Positions 28,699 to 36,341 of a stretch of 50,892 nucleotides of DNA are shown here, one piece after another (positions within the stretch are counted from its first letter, which is position 1; the number at the start of each line of letters is the position of its first letter). Position numbers and translations under genes: made by a program. This stretch comes from an uncultured archaeon. GTDB lineage: Archaea > Aenigmatarchaeota > Aenigmatarchaeia > GW2011-AR5. The notes beneath the pieces were generated by a model, which ran no database searches, was not told where the DNA came from, and saw only the letters and a program-made list of their open reading frames with translations. The stretch lies in contig CAYJUT010000001.1 in the NCBI GenBank assembly GCA_964373415.1, positions 1 through 50,892 on the forward strand, read 5' to 3'.

Positions 28699-29420
28699 TC
28701 AAACCGCCTAACAGCTTTCCATTTTGCTATTTTAGAAAGCATCTTGACATGATTAATAAATTCTTTCTTATTATCAAGTTTGGATTCTCCGTATATGCGT
28801 GTAGTAAGTTTTACAGGTACCTCTTCTATATGGCATTTATTATTTACCATCTTAACGAGTATTTCTGCACATACGTCAAAACTCTTGCTATTTAATTTTA
28901 GTTTTTTTAACTCTTTTGACTTGTAAAGTCTGAAAATAGAACTTATCGTAGATATTTTCTTCCCGAGAAGCATGCTATAAAGTTTGTTGACGCCTCTACT
29001 TAGTATAAGTCTGTGGAACACTACATCAGTATTACCCTTTGGACTGAAGTGCGAGCCTACTACACAGTCGCAGTTTGTTTCAGTATATTTTTTGTAAAGA
29101 CTTGGTATTTCCCTAGGATGAAATGTAAAATCCGAGTCTAGAAAAACTGTTATGTTGCCCTTTACATTCTTTATACCTGTTCGTGTTGCCTCTGCTAAAC
29201 CAATATTTTCCTTATGCTTTACTATTCTGATATTTTTGCATTTTTTTGCAATTATAGATGTCTCATGATAGGTTTTATCAGTAGATCCGTCATCTATAAT
29301 TATAACTTCGTACTTTATTGGCATTCTGTCAAGAACTGTCAATAGCTCTTTTGGTATTCTCTTTATGTTATCCTCTTCGTTATAGGCAGGTATGACTACC
29401 GATATAAAATCTCTTTTCAT
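28695..29420 (-). CDS. GT2 glycosyltransferase, polyprenyl-phosphate hexose synthase-like
   Basis: It has ISVVIPAYNEEDNI and IIIDDGSTD. It overlaps the downstream GT-C gene as ATGA. Confidence 0.8.
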   Translation of the reverse strand: MKRDFISVVIPAYNEEDNIKRIPKELLTVLDRMPIKYEVIIIDDGSTDKTYHETSIIAKKCKNIRIVKHKENIGLAEATRTGIKNVKGNITVFLDSDFTFHPREIPSLYKKYTETNCDCVVGSHFSPKGNTDVVFHRLILSRGVNKLYSMLLGKKISTISSIFRLYKSKELKKLKLNSKSFDVCAEILVKMVNNKCHIEEVPVKLTTRIYGESKLDNKKEFINHVKMLSKIAKWKAVRRFE

Positions 29421-29444
29421 AAAATACCTTCTTCATAATTTCCT

Positions 29445-30566
29445 TCAAGCATTCTTAAGAATGTGAGCAACAATTTTTTCGGCTGCCTTTCCATCTCCAA
29501 ATGGATTCTTCCATGTCCTAGATATTGACAACATTGTTTCAACTGACGATAATATTTTAGCCGGGTCCGCGCCAGCCAGAACGGATGCTCCAACTTCTAA
29601 AGATTCGGGACGATCGCTTCTATCCCTGAGCACTACACAAGGTACTTTCAAACTACATGTCTCTTCTTGTATACCGCCAGAATCTGTCAAAACAAGTTTA
29701 GCATTGGCTTCTAATGCCAGAAGATCAAAAAATCCTAATGGTTCTATGGCATGCAGATTCTTTATGGCATTTAATTTGCCAAGCAGTTTAAATTCTTCCA
29801 GGCGTTTCTTCGTGCGTGGATGTATAGGATAGACAATTGGAAGTTTATAATGTTCAGCAACATTATCAATTCCCTTTATTATACCTTCCAATCTAGCCAT
29901 GTTGTCCGTATTCTCTTCTCTGTGTGCAGTAACCAAGAAATATTCGCCATTCAAAATGCCTAACTTTGAAAAAATCTGTGACTTGTTAGACTTGTCAAGA
30001 TTTTGCTGTATAGCATCGACAATAGTATTGCCTGTCAAGATTATTTCTGGTGTCCTTATACCATTATAATAAAGAATATTATTTTTTGCTACGCCCTCTT
30101 TGTAAAGATTTCTTTCGGTTAGTTTAGTTGGAGTAAAAAGGTAGTCGGATATGTGATCACATATTATCCTGTTGTATTCTTCTGGCATTCGTCTGTCATA
30201 ACTTCTTAGACCAGCTTCTACGTGACCAAGTGGCACATGCAATTTTGTACTGACTAAAGATGCCGCCAGCACCGTGTTTGTATCGCCCTGCACTAGAACT
30301 ACGTCAGGCTTCTTTTCGATAAATATTTTTTCTACGTCAATCATAATTCTAGAAGTTGTTTCGGTGTGGCTGCCGGATCCGACATCAAGATTTGTAATCG
30401 CCGGCTTCATACCTAATTCGTTAAAAAATATCTTACCCATGTTAAAGTCATAATGTTGGCCCGTGTGCAAGACAAAATAATCTATCTTATCGCGTTCGCA
30501 GATACGTATTATAGGGCTGAACTTTATTATTTCTGGTCTCGTACCCAATACGATAGCTATTTTCAT
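29445..30566 (-). CDS. wecB: UDP-N-acetylglucosamine 2-epimerase (non-hydrolysing)
   Basis: It carries MKIAIVLGTRPEIIKFSPI, HTGQHYD and LTDSGGIQEE. Confidence 0.9.
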   Translation of the reverse strand: MKIAIVLGTRPEIIKFSPIIRICERDKIDYFVLHTGQHYDFNMGKIFFNELGMKPAITNLDVGSGSHTETTSRIMIDVEKIFIEKKPDVVLVQGDTNTVLAASLVSTKLHVPLGHVEAGLRSYDRRMPEEYNRIICDHISDYLFTPTKLTERNLYKEGVAKNNILYYNGIRTPEIILTGNTIVDAIQQNLDKSNKSQIFSKLGILNGEYFLVTAHREENTDNMARLEGIIKGIDNVAEHYKLPIVYPIHPRTKKRLEEFKLLGKLNAIKNLHAIEPLGFFDLLALEANAKLVLTDSGGIQEETCSLKVPCVVLRDRSDRPESLEVGASVLAGADPAKILSSVETMLSISRTWKNPFGDGKAAEKIVAHILKNA

Positions 30567-31519
30567 CTAGCCACCTTCTTTCTCCAGTAATCCATGACAT
30601 CCTTCATACTCTGTTCGAAAGGTATTTCTGGCTCCCATCCAGTTTTATTGCTAAATTTTGTATAATCGCCTAGAAGTATTTGTATGTCACTGGGCCGCAT
30701 CCTTGCCGGATCCTCTTTTATCTCTATTTTCTTCGATGACATTGAAAGAAGCATGTTAAGAACATCTCTTATCTTCCATGTTTTCCCTGAGCATATGTTG
30801 TACGCTTCGCCGTACTCGCACTTGTCTACGGCCATAACGTATGCTCTCACTATGTCACGTACGTCAGTAAAGTCTCTGTAAGAATCTAGATTTCCAACAT
30901 GTATTATCGGGGTAGCGTCATTCTCTATCTCGGCTATCTGCCTAGCGAATGCGGCAGTCACTATCTTTTCCGCGCTCCGTGGGCCTACTATGTTGAATGC
31001 CCTTGTTCTGACGACTTTGATACCATAACTTTTGTTATATTGATAACCAAGCAAATCTTGGGCTACTTTAGAAACAGCATACGGGCTGAGCGGTCTTAGC
31101 TGGTTTGTTTCTTTTATTGGTGTTTCTCCGGGTAATACTAGGCCATACTCCTCGCTGCTGCCAGCTATCTGGATAACAGTATCAATTTTAGATCTTCTGA
31201 TGGATTCAAGGAGGTTTAGTGTCCCTATAACATTTGTGTTTATAGTCTCCTGTGGCGCACGCCAGCTAGTTGGCACAAATGATTGTGCTGCAAGATGAAA
31301 TATCACATCTGGCGCAGCTTCTTCAAGCGTCTGTGAGACTGAATTCGTGTCTGTAAGATCGCATTCCAGAAGTGTTATGTCAGTTTTTATTTTTTCGATG
31401 AATTCTGTCTGCCTACTCCTACCTCTCACAGTCCCAATAACTTCATGGCCACATGCTATCAGGTACTCTGCCATGTGGCTTCCTGTAAAGCCTGTTACAC
31501 CAGTTACTAAGGCTCGCAT
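30563..31519 (-). CDS. GDP-mannose/heptose 4,6-dehydratase-like SDR (full-length paralog)
   Basis: It has TGVTGFTGSH and SPYAVSK, and is 318 aa long. Confidence 0.85.
   Translation of the reverse strand: MRALVTGVTGFTGSHMAEYLIACGHEVIGTVRGRSRQTEFIEKIKTDITLLECDLTDTNSVSQTLEEAAPDVIFHLAAQSFVPTSWRAPQETINTNVIGTLNLLESIRRSKIDTVIQIAGSSEEYGLVLPGETPIKETNQLRPLSPYAVSKVAQDLLGYQYNKSYGIKVVRTRAFNIVGPRSAEKIVTAAFARQIAEIENDATPIIHVGNLDSYRDFTDVRDIVRAYVMAVDKCEYGEAYNICSGKTWKIRDVLNMLLSMSSKKIEIKEDPARMRPSDIQILLGDYTKFSNKTGWEPEIPFEQSMKDVMDYWRKKVAR
31095..31168. repeat. 74-nt tract identical to 12137-12210
   Basis: I compared the two tracts base by base and they match exactly. Confidence 0.9.
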
Positions 31520-31574
31520 TTAGAAAGAAAAGGAAAGAAAGGATTTAAAGTGTGTCTAGTACAGAAATAAAAAC

Positions 31575-32450
31575 TTAGAATCCCCATAAACCCTTATGCC
31601 ACTTGAGTATTGAAAGGTCCATGCGGTAAATTGCCATAAATAGGCATAACCATGTGCATGGCGGGGAAATTGACCAAAATATCCATGAAAATCGCGACTT
31701 CCAGCGTGGGAAGAATTTATCAGCAAAAATTCTGTGGTATTTTCCGCATAAGTAGAAATGTTCGTAATCTTTGTCAGCCCCGCCATTGCGTATCTTTATA
31801 TGCCATACAAATGCTTCTGGCATATACATGAATTTTTTGCCCTTTTTTATTAAGGCCATCTGAGGAAAGTTCTCTTCCCTGAAACCATAACCTTCTCTAT
31901 AAAAATTGTGAAACCTGCCAACCGCTTTCAGTTCCTTGGTAAGGAACGACATATTAGCACCTATCATCGCACTACATTCTGTGGGTTTATTTGGTATCCA
32001 TGCACAGTTAAAGCGCACATCTCCAAAGGAATTAACAAAGTTCTGTTTTCTGTTAGTATATTTGTAAGGTACTATTGGTCTTAGATTTGTATCAGAGTTC
32101 ACAGAAGGTCCTGCGACAGCTACTATATCGCTACTAAAACCGTAGCCTTTTATGATATTTTCAAGCCACCTTTCCTTTGGGACGGCATCGTCATCAAGAA
32201 ATGCCAGTATTTCGGTTTTGGTATTTTTTAGTATTAGATTTCTAGCAGCTGGCTGGCGGACACGTTTTTTAAGATGGAGATATTTTATTGGAAGTTTGTA
32301 TTTTTTAATTACTTCCCGTGTTAAATTATTATCGCTCGTATCTACTATTATAATTCTCTCTGATTTTGTTGTCTGATTCTTTACGCCATCAAGACACTTT
32401 GTTATTATATCCGACCTGTTATGTGTTATGATACCAATCGTGACGTTCAT
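31575..32450 (-). CDS. GT2 glycosyltransferase
   Basis: It has VTIGIITHNR and the FLDDDAVP (DxD) motif. Confidence 0.8.
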   Translation of the reverse strand: MNVTIGIITHNRSDIITKCLDGVKNQTTKSERIIIVDTSDNNLTREVIKKYKLPIKYLHLKKRVRQPAARNLILKNTKTEILAFLDDDAVPKERWLENIIKGYGFSSDIVAVAGPSVNSDTNLRPIVPYKYTNRKQNFVNSFGDVRFNCAWIPNKPTECSAMIGANMSFLTKELKAVGRFHNFYREGYGFREENFPQMALIKKGKKFMYMPEAFVWHIKIRNGGADKDYEHFYLCGKYHRIFADKFFPRWKSRFSWIFWSISPPCTWLCLFMAIYRMDLSILKWHKGLWGF

Positions 32451-32505
32451 AGTATAAAATCACCTGGAGAATCCTAAAGAATATTAACCGGAATTCTGTA
32501 TGTAG

Positions 32506-34272
32506 TTATTTGCCGCTTATTAGACCTTTTATCACCATCTTGGCTGCACGCGGTATGTCCCTTTTCTTTATCGAAGTCATGTTAGCATAATAATAAGCTC
32601 GCACGCGCTCCTCTGCTGTATATTCCGGAGTGTCAAATACCGGTTTTGGTCTTGCACCTATGTGAAATCCGTCTTTCCAGTCCCTATGTATACGTGCTCT
32701 AGAATCATTTTTGACCTGTTCCCAAACCTCTGTGCCAGGGTATGGAACTAGTATGCCCCAAGAAGCTGTTATACCAAGCCTTTTTGCAAACTCCATTGAC
32801 CTCTTATCAGCTTCATAAGTGCTTCCTATTAGCCCTATTATGAAGAATCCGTGAACCTTTATTCCCGCGGCCTGTGCGAGTCTTATTCCTTTCTCAACAT
32901 CCGCTAGTCTCTCACCCTTCTTTATTTTATCGAATACCTCTGGATCGCCGCTCTCGACTCCGATAGACATTGAATAGCAGCCGGCTTGCTTCATGAGTGT
33001 GCAAAGCTCTTCATCCAGCCTATCAGCCCTTATTCCGTTCGGGCACGTCCACTTCATGTCTAATTTTTCATCTACGAAAAGCCTGCATATGTCCTTTGCC
33101 CTGTCCATCTGCAGTGTGAAATTGTCATCGAGAACTTTGAATTCTTTGCTGCCGTATTTTTCGTGAGCGTATCGCAATTCAGCCAGTATGTTCTCGCCGG
33201 ATCGCGTTCTGAATTTCCTGCCTATGACAGTTGGCACATTACAATTTGAGACTGCTATTCCATTCACGGTATAAGTATGATCATTCTGAACTTCAAGATT
33301 ATATACGTAACCGGAAAACTCGATCTCTTCTATAGAACTTATCGAAATAGGATTTTCATATTTGGTACAATGCAATAATAGTTGATTTCCTGAGTATACG
33401 GTCTGTTGAATTGATGGAACTATTTCTACAACCTTATCGCCTATTTTTAATTTATCTGAACTTACCATTTCAAAGTCGTTTCTTGCTACTTTTATTTTGT
33501 GATTTGGCGTAGTTATTATAGGCTCTTTTCCTTCTATATATATTTTTATCATTTTTCCTGAATAATGGCGTTTGAAAGTCCTTACAACATTTTTCCATCT
33601 GCCTTTATCTGTGAGAACTCTCATACCGCTATTAATATCCTTTATTTCAATCATTCCGGAATCTGTAATTACTTTCATATCTTCTCTAAAGCAATATGTG
33701 CATGTATAGGGACATCCGCGCGAAGTTACAAGCGGCCAATTCTCAATAGGTCGAATTTTCCCGTCAACATTTATCGAATCAAAATCATCGTAAACTGGAA
33801 ATGGTAAATCATCAAGACCTGCTATCCATTCACTTGCATGGTTTTGTATAACTTGTCCGTCTTTTCTGTAAATTACACCCTCTATTTCAGAAGGGTCTAC
33901 ACCAGACAGAAGTTGCTTGAAAACATACTCGGCCTCCCCGAAAATACCGAGGTCAAAAATAGAGTTGTCTTTCAATAGATTATAACCGTCAACCATTACG
34001 TGGGGGCCGCCGGCAACTATTTTTGCGTTCGGGTTGATTTTTTTGACCATTTCAGCGACCATTATAGACTCGTCCAACGTAAATGACTTGATAGATATAC
34101 CAACATAATCGGCGTCTTTCGTGACTTGCAGTCTTTTTTCCACATTGCCAGATCTGTTGACAAAATCGACTACATTAACATCGTGATCATTTCTTACATT
34201 GGCTGCTATGGAGGCTATTCCGTTATTCAAGCCTTCCCATACGCCCTTTGGATCGATAAAAACCACTTTCAT
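32506..34272 (-). CDS. B12-binding-domain radical SAM enzyme precursor containing a mini-intein
   Basis: The ATG at 34272 is preceded by AGGTG. The radical-SAM motif is split as GCPYTCTY-[150 aa]-CNVPT. The exteins align with the paralog at 15740-17206. Confidence 0.9.
   Translation of the reverse strand: MKVVFIDPKGVWEGLNNGIASIAANVRNDHDVNVVDFVNRSGNVEKRLQVTKDADYVGISIKSFTLDESIMVAEMVKKINPNAKIVAGGPHVMVDGYNLLKDNSIFDLGIFGEAEYVFKQLLSGVDPSEIEGVIYRKDGQVIQNHASEWIAGLDDLPFPVYDDFDSINVDGKIRPIENWPLVTSRGCPYTCTYCFREDMKVITDSGMIEIKDINSGMRVLTDKGRWKNVVRTFKRHYSGKMIKIYIEGKEPIITTPNHKIKVARNDFEMVSSDKLKIGDKVVEIVPSIQQTVYSGNQLLLHCTKYENPISISSIEEIEFSGYVYNLEVQNDHTYTVNGIAVSNCNVPTVIGRKFRTRSGENILAELRYAHEKYGSKEFKVLDDNFTLQMDRAKDICRLFVDEKLDMKWTCPNGIRADRLDEELCTLMKQAGCYSMSIGVESGDPEVFDKIKKGERLADVEKGIRLAQAAGIKVHGFFIIGLIGSTYEADKRSMEFAKRLGITASWGILVPYPGTEVWEQVKNDSRARIHRDWKDGFHIGARPKPVFDTPEYTAEERVRAYYYANMTSIKKRDIPRAAKMVIKGLISGK
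33244..33693 (-). mobile_element. Mini-intein (150 aa, no homing endonuclease domain)
   Basis: Cys1 lies in CFREDMKVITDSG (block A), TPNH is block B, and YVYNLEVQNDHTYTVNGIAVSN covers blocks F/G with the terminal Asn. A +1 Cys follows. The three paralogs in this window lack the insert. Confidence 0.85.
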
Positions 34273-34292
34273 ATTCACACCTAGATTGTGTC

Positions 34293-34382
34293 TTATAGCT
34301 CTACAAGGAAACAAACAAGATATTATTTCCTTGTGAGCTATATATGAACCCAGTAAATCATGTCAGAAATCTTTACTGGGTT
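34293..34382. repeat. Modular hairpin element, copy 1 (compact)
   Basis: The 25-nt arm TTATAGCTCTACAAGGAAACAAACA (34293-34317) is followed by a 3-nt spacer and the 19-nt arm TATTATTTCCTTGTGAGCT (34321-34339). An 11-bp perfect hairpin follows (34347-34357 / 34372-34382). Both arms recur at 50697-50799. Confidence 0.8.
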
Positions 34383-34510
34383 AACTATAATGTAAGTTAT
34401 TAGAGTATTAGCAAATGACTTAAATATATTAGATTGTGGCGTTACTGTGAGGCTTTTGGTACAAATGTTGAAATTATTGTAGTGTTTAAATTCATTTTAA
34501 AATAGTTGAT

Positions 34511-35635
34511 ATGATGAAAGTTGCGCTTTGTACTGAAATTCTTTATCCGCTTTATGGAGTAGAAAGACGTGTTTACGAACTTGGCAAGAGATTGCCACAT
34601 TATGGTATAGATGTTGATATATACACGTCTACTAGCAGACAGCACTTCAAAAAACTCAATATAATAAAAGTCAGTCACACTACAATAACAAACCCGCCAA
34701 AACGTAATTATGCATTTTGCATAGATTATATGTCAAATTTGTTTAGGCAACTAATAAAATGCGATTATGACTTAATACATGCAGAAGGGCATATGTCATT
34801 GGTGCCATGTTCCACGGCAGCTATACTCAGAAAAAAACCAAGTGTGGCAACGGTTCACGATCTTTATCTCACAGACTGGAGAGAGATGTACAAAAGCGCG
34901 GCATCAATTGGAGGTATACCATTTGAGATGTTATCCTGTAAGATGCCTTTCGACCTTATATTGACAGTTAACGCATCCATCAAGAGTAAGATGATCGACA
35001 TATTAAAAACTAATCCTAAAAAACTACAGATTCTTCACAGTGGCATTGATACAAAATACATAGATTCCATAAAAGGGGCGAAAAAAGATGGTTCAATAAT
35101 TTACGTTGGGCGGCTTGTGCCCCAGAAAAATGTAGGATTACTAATAAAGGCTTACGCAGCCCTCCCAACTGTTATACGCAAAAATAATCCGTTGAAAATA
35201 ATAGGTGAAGGCTCGGAACGTCTCAGACTAGAATACCTTGCAAAAACACTTGGTGTAGATGTTAATTTTGTTGGAAAAATAGAGAGTCATAAAGATGTTT
35301 TGAAGGCGATAAAGGCCGCTTCTTTATTTGTTTTGCCGTCCAAAAGAGAAAGTTTTGGAATAACAATATTGGAAGCTATGCAATCCGGTGTTCCTGTAAT
35401 ATCAACTGCTACAGAAGGTCCTATAGACCATATAAAAAATGGTGAAAATGGATTTCTAGTTGGAATAGATAACTATAAGAATTTGGCAGAAAAAATATCT
35501 GACGTGTTGACAAACAAGAAACTTCATAATAAACTATCTAAAAATGGAATGGCGTATGCAGTAAAACATGACTGGGAAAATATAACAAATAACATAGCGT
35601 CGATTTATAAGATGGTTTATGAGAGTAAAAAATAA
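34511..35635 (+). CDS. GT4 glycosyltransferase
   Basis: It has MKVALCTE..YGVERRV and ESFGITILEAMQSGVPVIS. Confidence 0.85.
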   Translation: MMKVALCTEILYPLYGVERRVYELGKRLPHYGIDVDIYTSTSRQHFKKLNIIKVSHTTITNPPKRNYAFCIDYMSNLFRQLIKCDYDLIHAEGHMSLVPCSTAAILRKKPSVATVHDLYLTDWREMYKSAASIGGIPFEMLSCKMPFDLILTVNASIKSKMIDILKTNPKKLQILHSGIDTKYIDSIKGAKKDGSIIYVGRLVPQKNVGLLIKAYAALPTVIRKNNPLKIIGEGSERLRLEYLAKTLGVDVNFVGKIESHKDVLKAIKAASLFVLPSKRESFGITILEAMQSGVPVISTATEGPIDHIKNGENGFLVGIDNYKNLAEKISDVLTNKKLHNKLSKNGMAYAVKHDWENITNNIASIYKMVYESKK

Positions 35636-35665
35636 TTTATATACTTTTATATACGATGGTAAACT

Positions 35666-35857
35666 ATGGAAGGAGACGAAATACAAAAACCACCAACAAA
35701 AAAAAGGTTTTACCTAATTAGAGAATTCTTTTCGTTTGTGAGAATAAAGAAAAAGTGGTGGATGTTGCCTGTTATAATAATGCTAATAATAGCCGCTGCA
35801 GTGATCATATTTGGACAAAGTTCTGCCTTATCGCCCTTTATTTACACCCTCTTCTAA
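35666..35857 (+). CDS. Small membrane protein, DUF5989/SxtK-like
   Basis: The sequence is ..FFSFVRIKKKWWMLPVIIMLIIAAAVIIFGQSSALSPFIYTLF. It has a single TM segment and the C-terminal FIYTLF that I recall for this family next to carbamoyltransferases. Confidence 0.6.
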   Translation: MEGDEIQKPPTKKRFYLIREFFSFVRIKKKWWMLPVIIMLIIAAAVIIFGQSSALSPFIYTLF

Positions 35858-35890
35858 GATTCTTAAGTTTATAATTTCTAATTTTACTCT

Positions 35891-36103
35891 ATGTTTTCAA
35901 GTGTTAGTAAAAGTTTATCGGAGAAGATCGGAGTAAGACTAGGTTTCTTTTTAGGTCTAATACTCTTTTCTACGTTATTATTTTTTGTCGGGCTGAAATT
36001 TAGAATAATACCATCAGAAACGTCTTATTACATGGTAATTTCTTTAGTTGCCTTATCGCATATAGTTTATTCCGTCATAAAGATGTTGGTAAAAAATGAC
36101 TAG
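35891..36103 (+). CDS. SxtJ-like membrane protein, N-terminal half (split or frameshifted)
   Basis: 70-aa ORF with two TM segments. It overlaps the next ORF by 8 nt at an A6 run. Confidence 0.5.
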   Translation: MFSSVSKSLSEKIGVRLGFFLGLILFSTLLFFVGLKFRIIPSETSYYMVISLVALSHIVYSVIKMLVKND

Positions 36104-36332
36104 TTTTTTAAGAGGCCTGAAAGAGGGCTTCAAGGAGTTTGGTCTATGCATTAATAGTGCAGTAACAGTACTCGTACTGCTATTTGTTTATATCATAGGT
36201 GTGGGATTAACATCTTTGTTTGGGAAATTATCAAAAAAGAAGTTTCTAGATCTTAAACCTGAAAAGAATAGTTATTGGATAGATGTTGAAGATTCTGAAA
36301 ATGTTATTGAAGATTATAGAAGGTCATTCTGA
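36096..36332 (+). CDS. SxtJ-like membrane protein, C-terminal half (split or frameshifted)
   Basis: 78-aa ORF with INSAVTVLVLLFVYIIGVGLTSLFGKL..KNSYW. Removing one A from 36091-36096 fuses it in frame to the previous ORF. Confidence 0.5.
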   Translation: MTSFLRGLKEGFKEFGLCINSAVTVLVLLFVYIIGVGLTSLFGKLSKKKFLDLKPEKNSYWIDVEDSENVIEDYRRSF

Positions 36333-36341
36333 GGTGTTTTA

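Noticed and set aside
31556-31786. 76-aa ORF overlapping the 3-prime end of the GT2 gene in another frame on the same strand.
   Set aside because: It lies within a well-supported GT2 coding region and has no motifs or start context.
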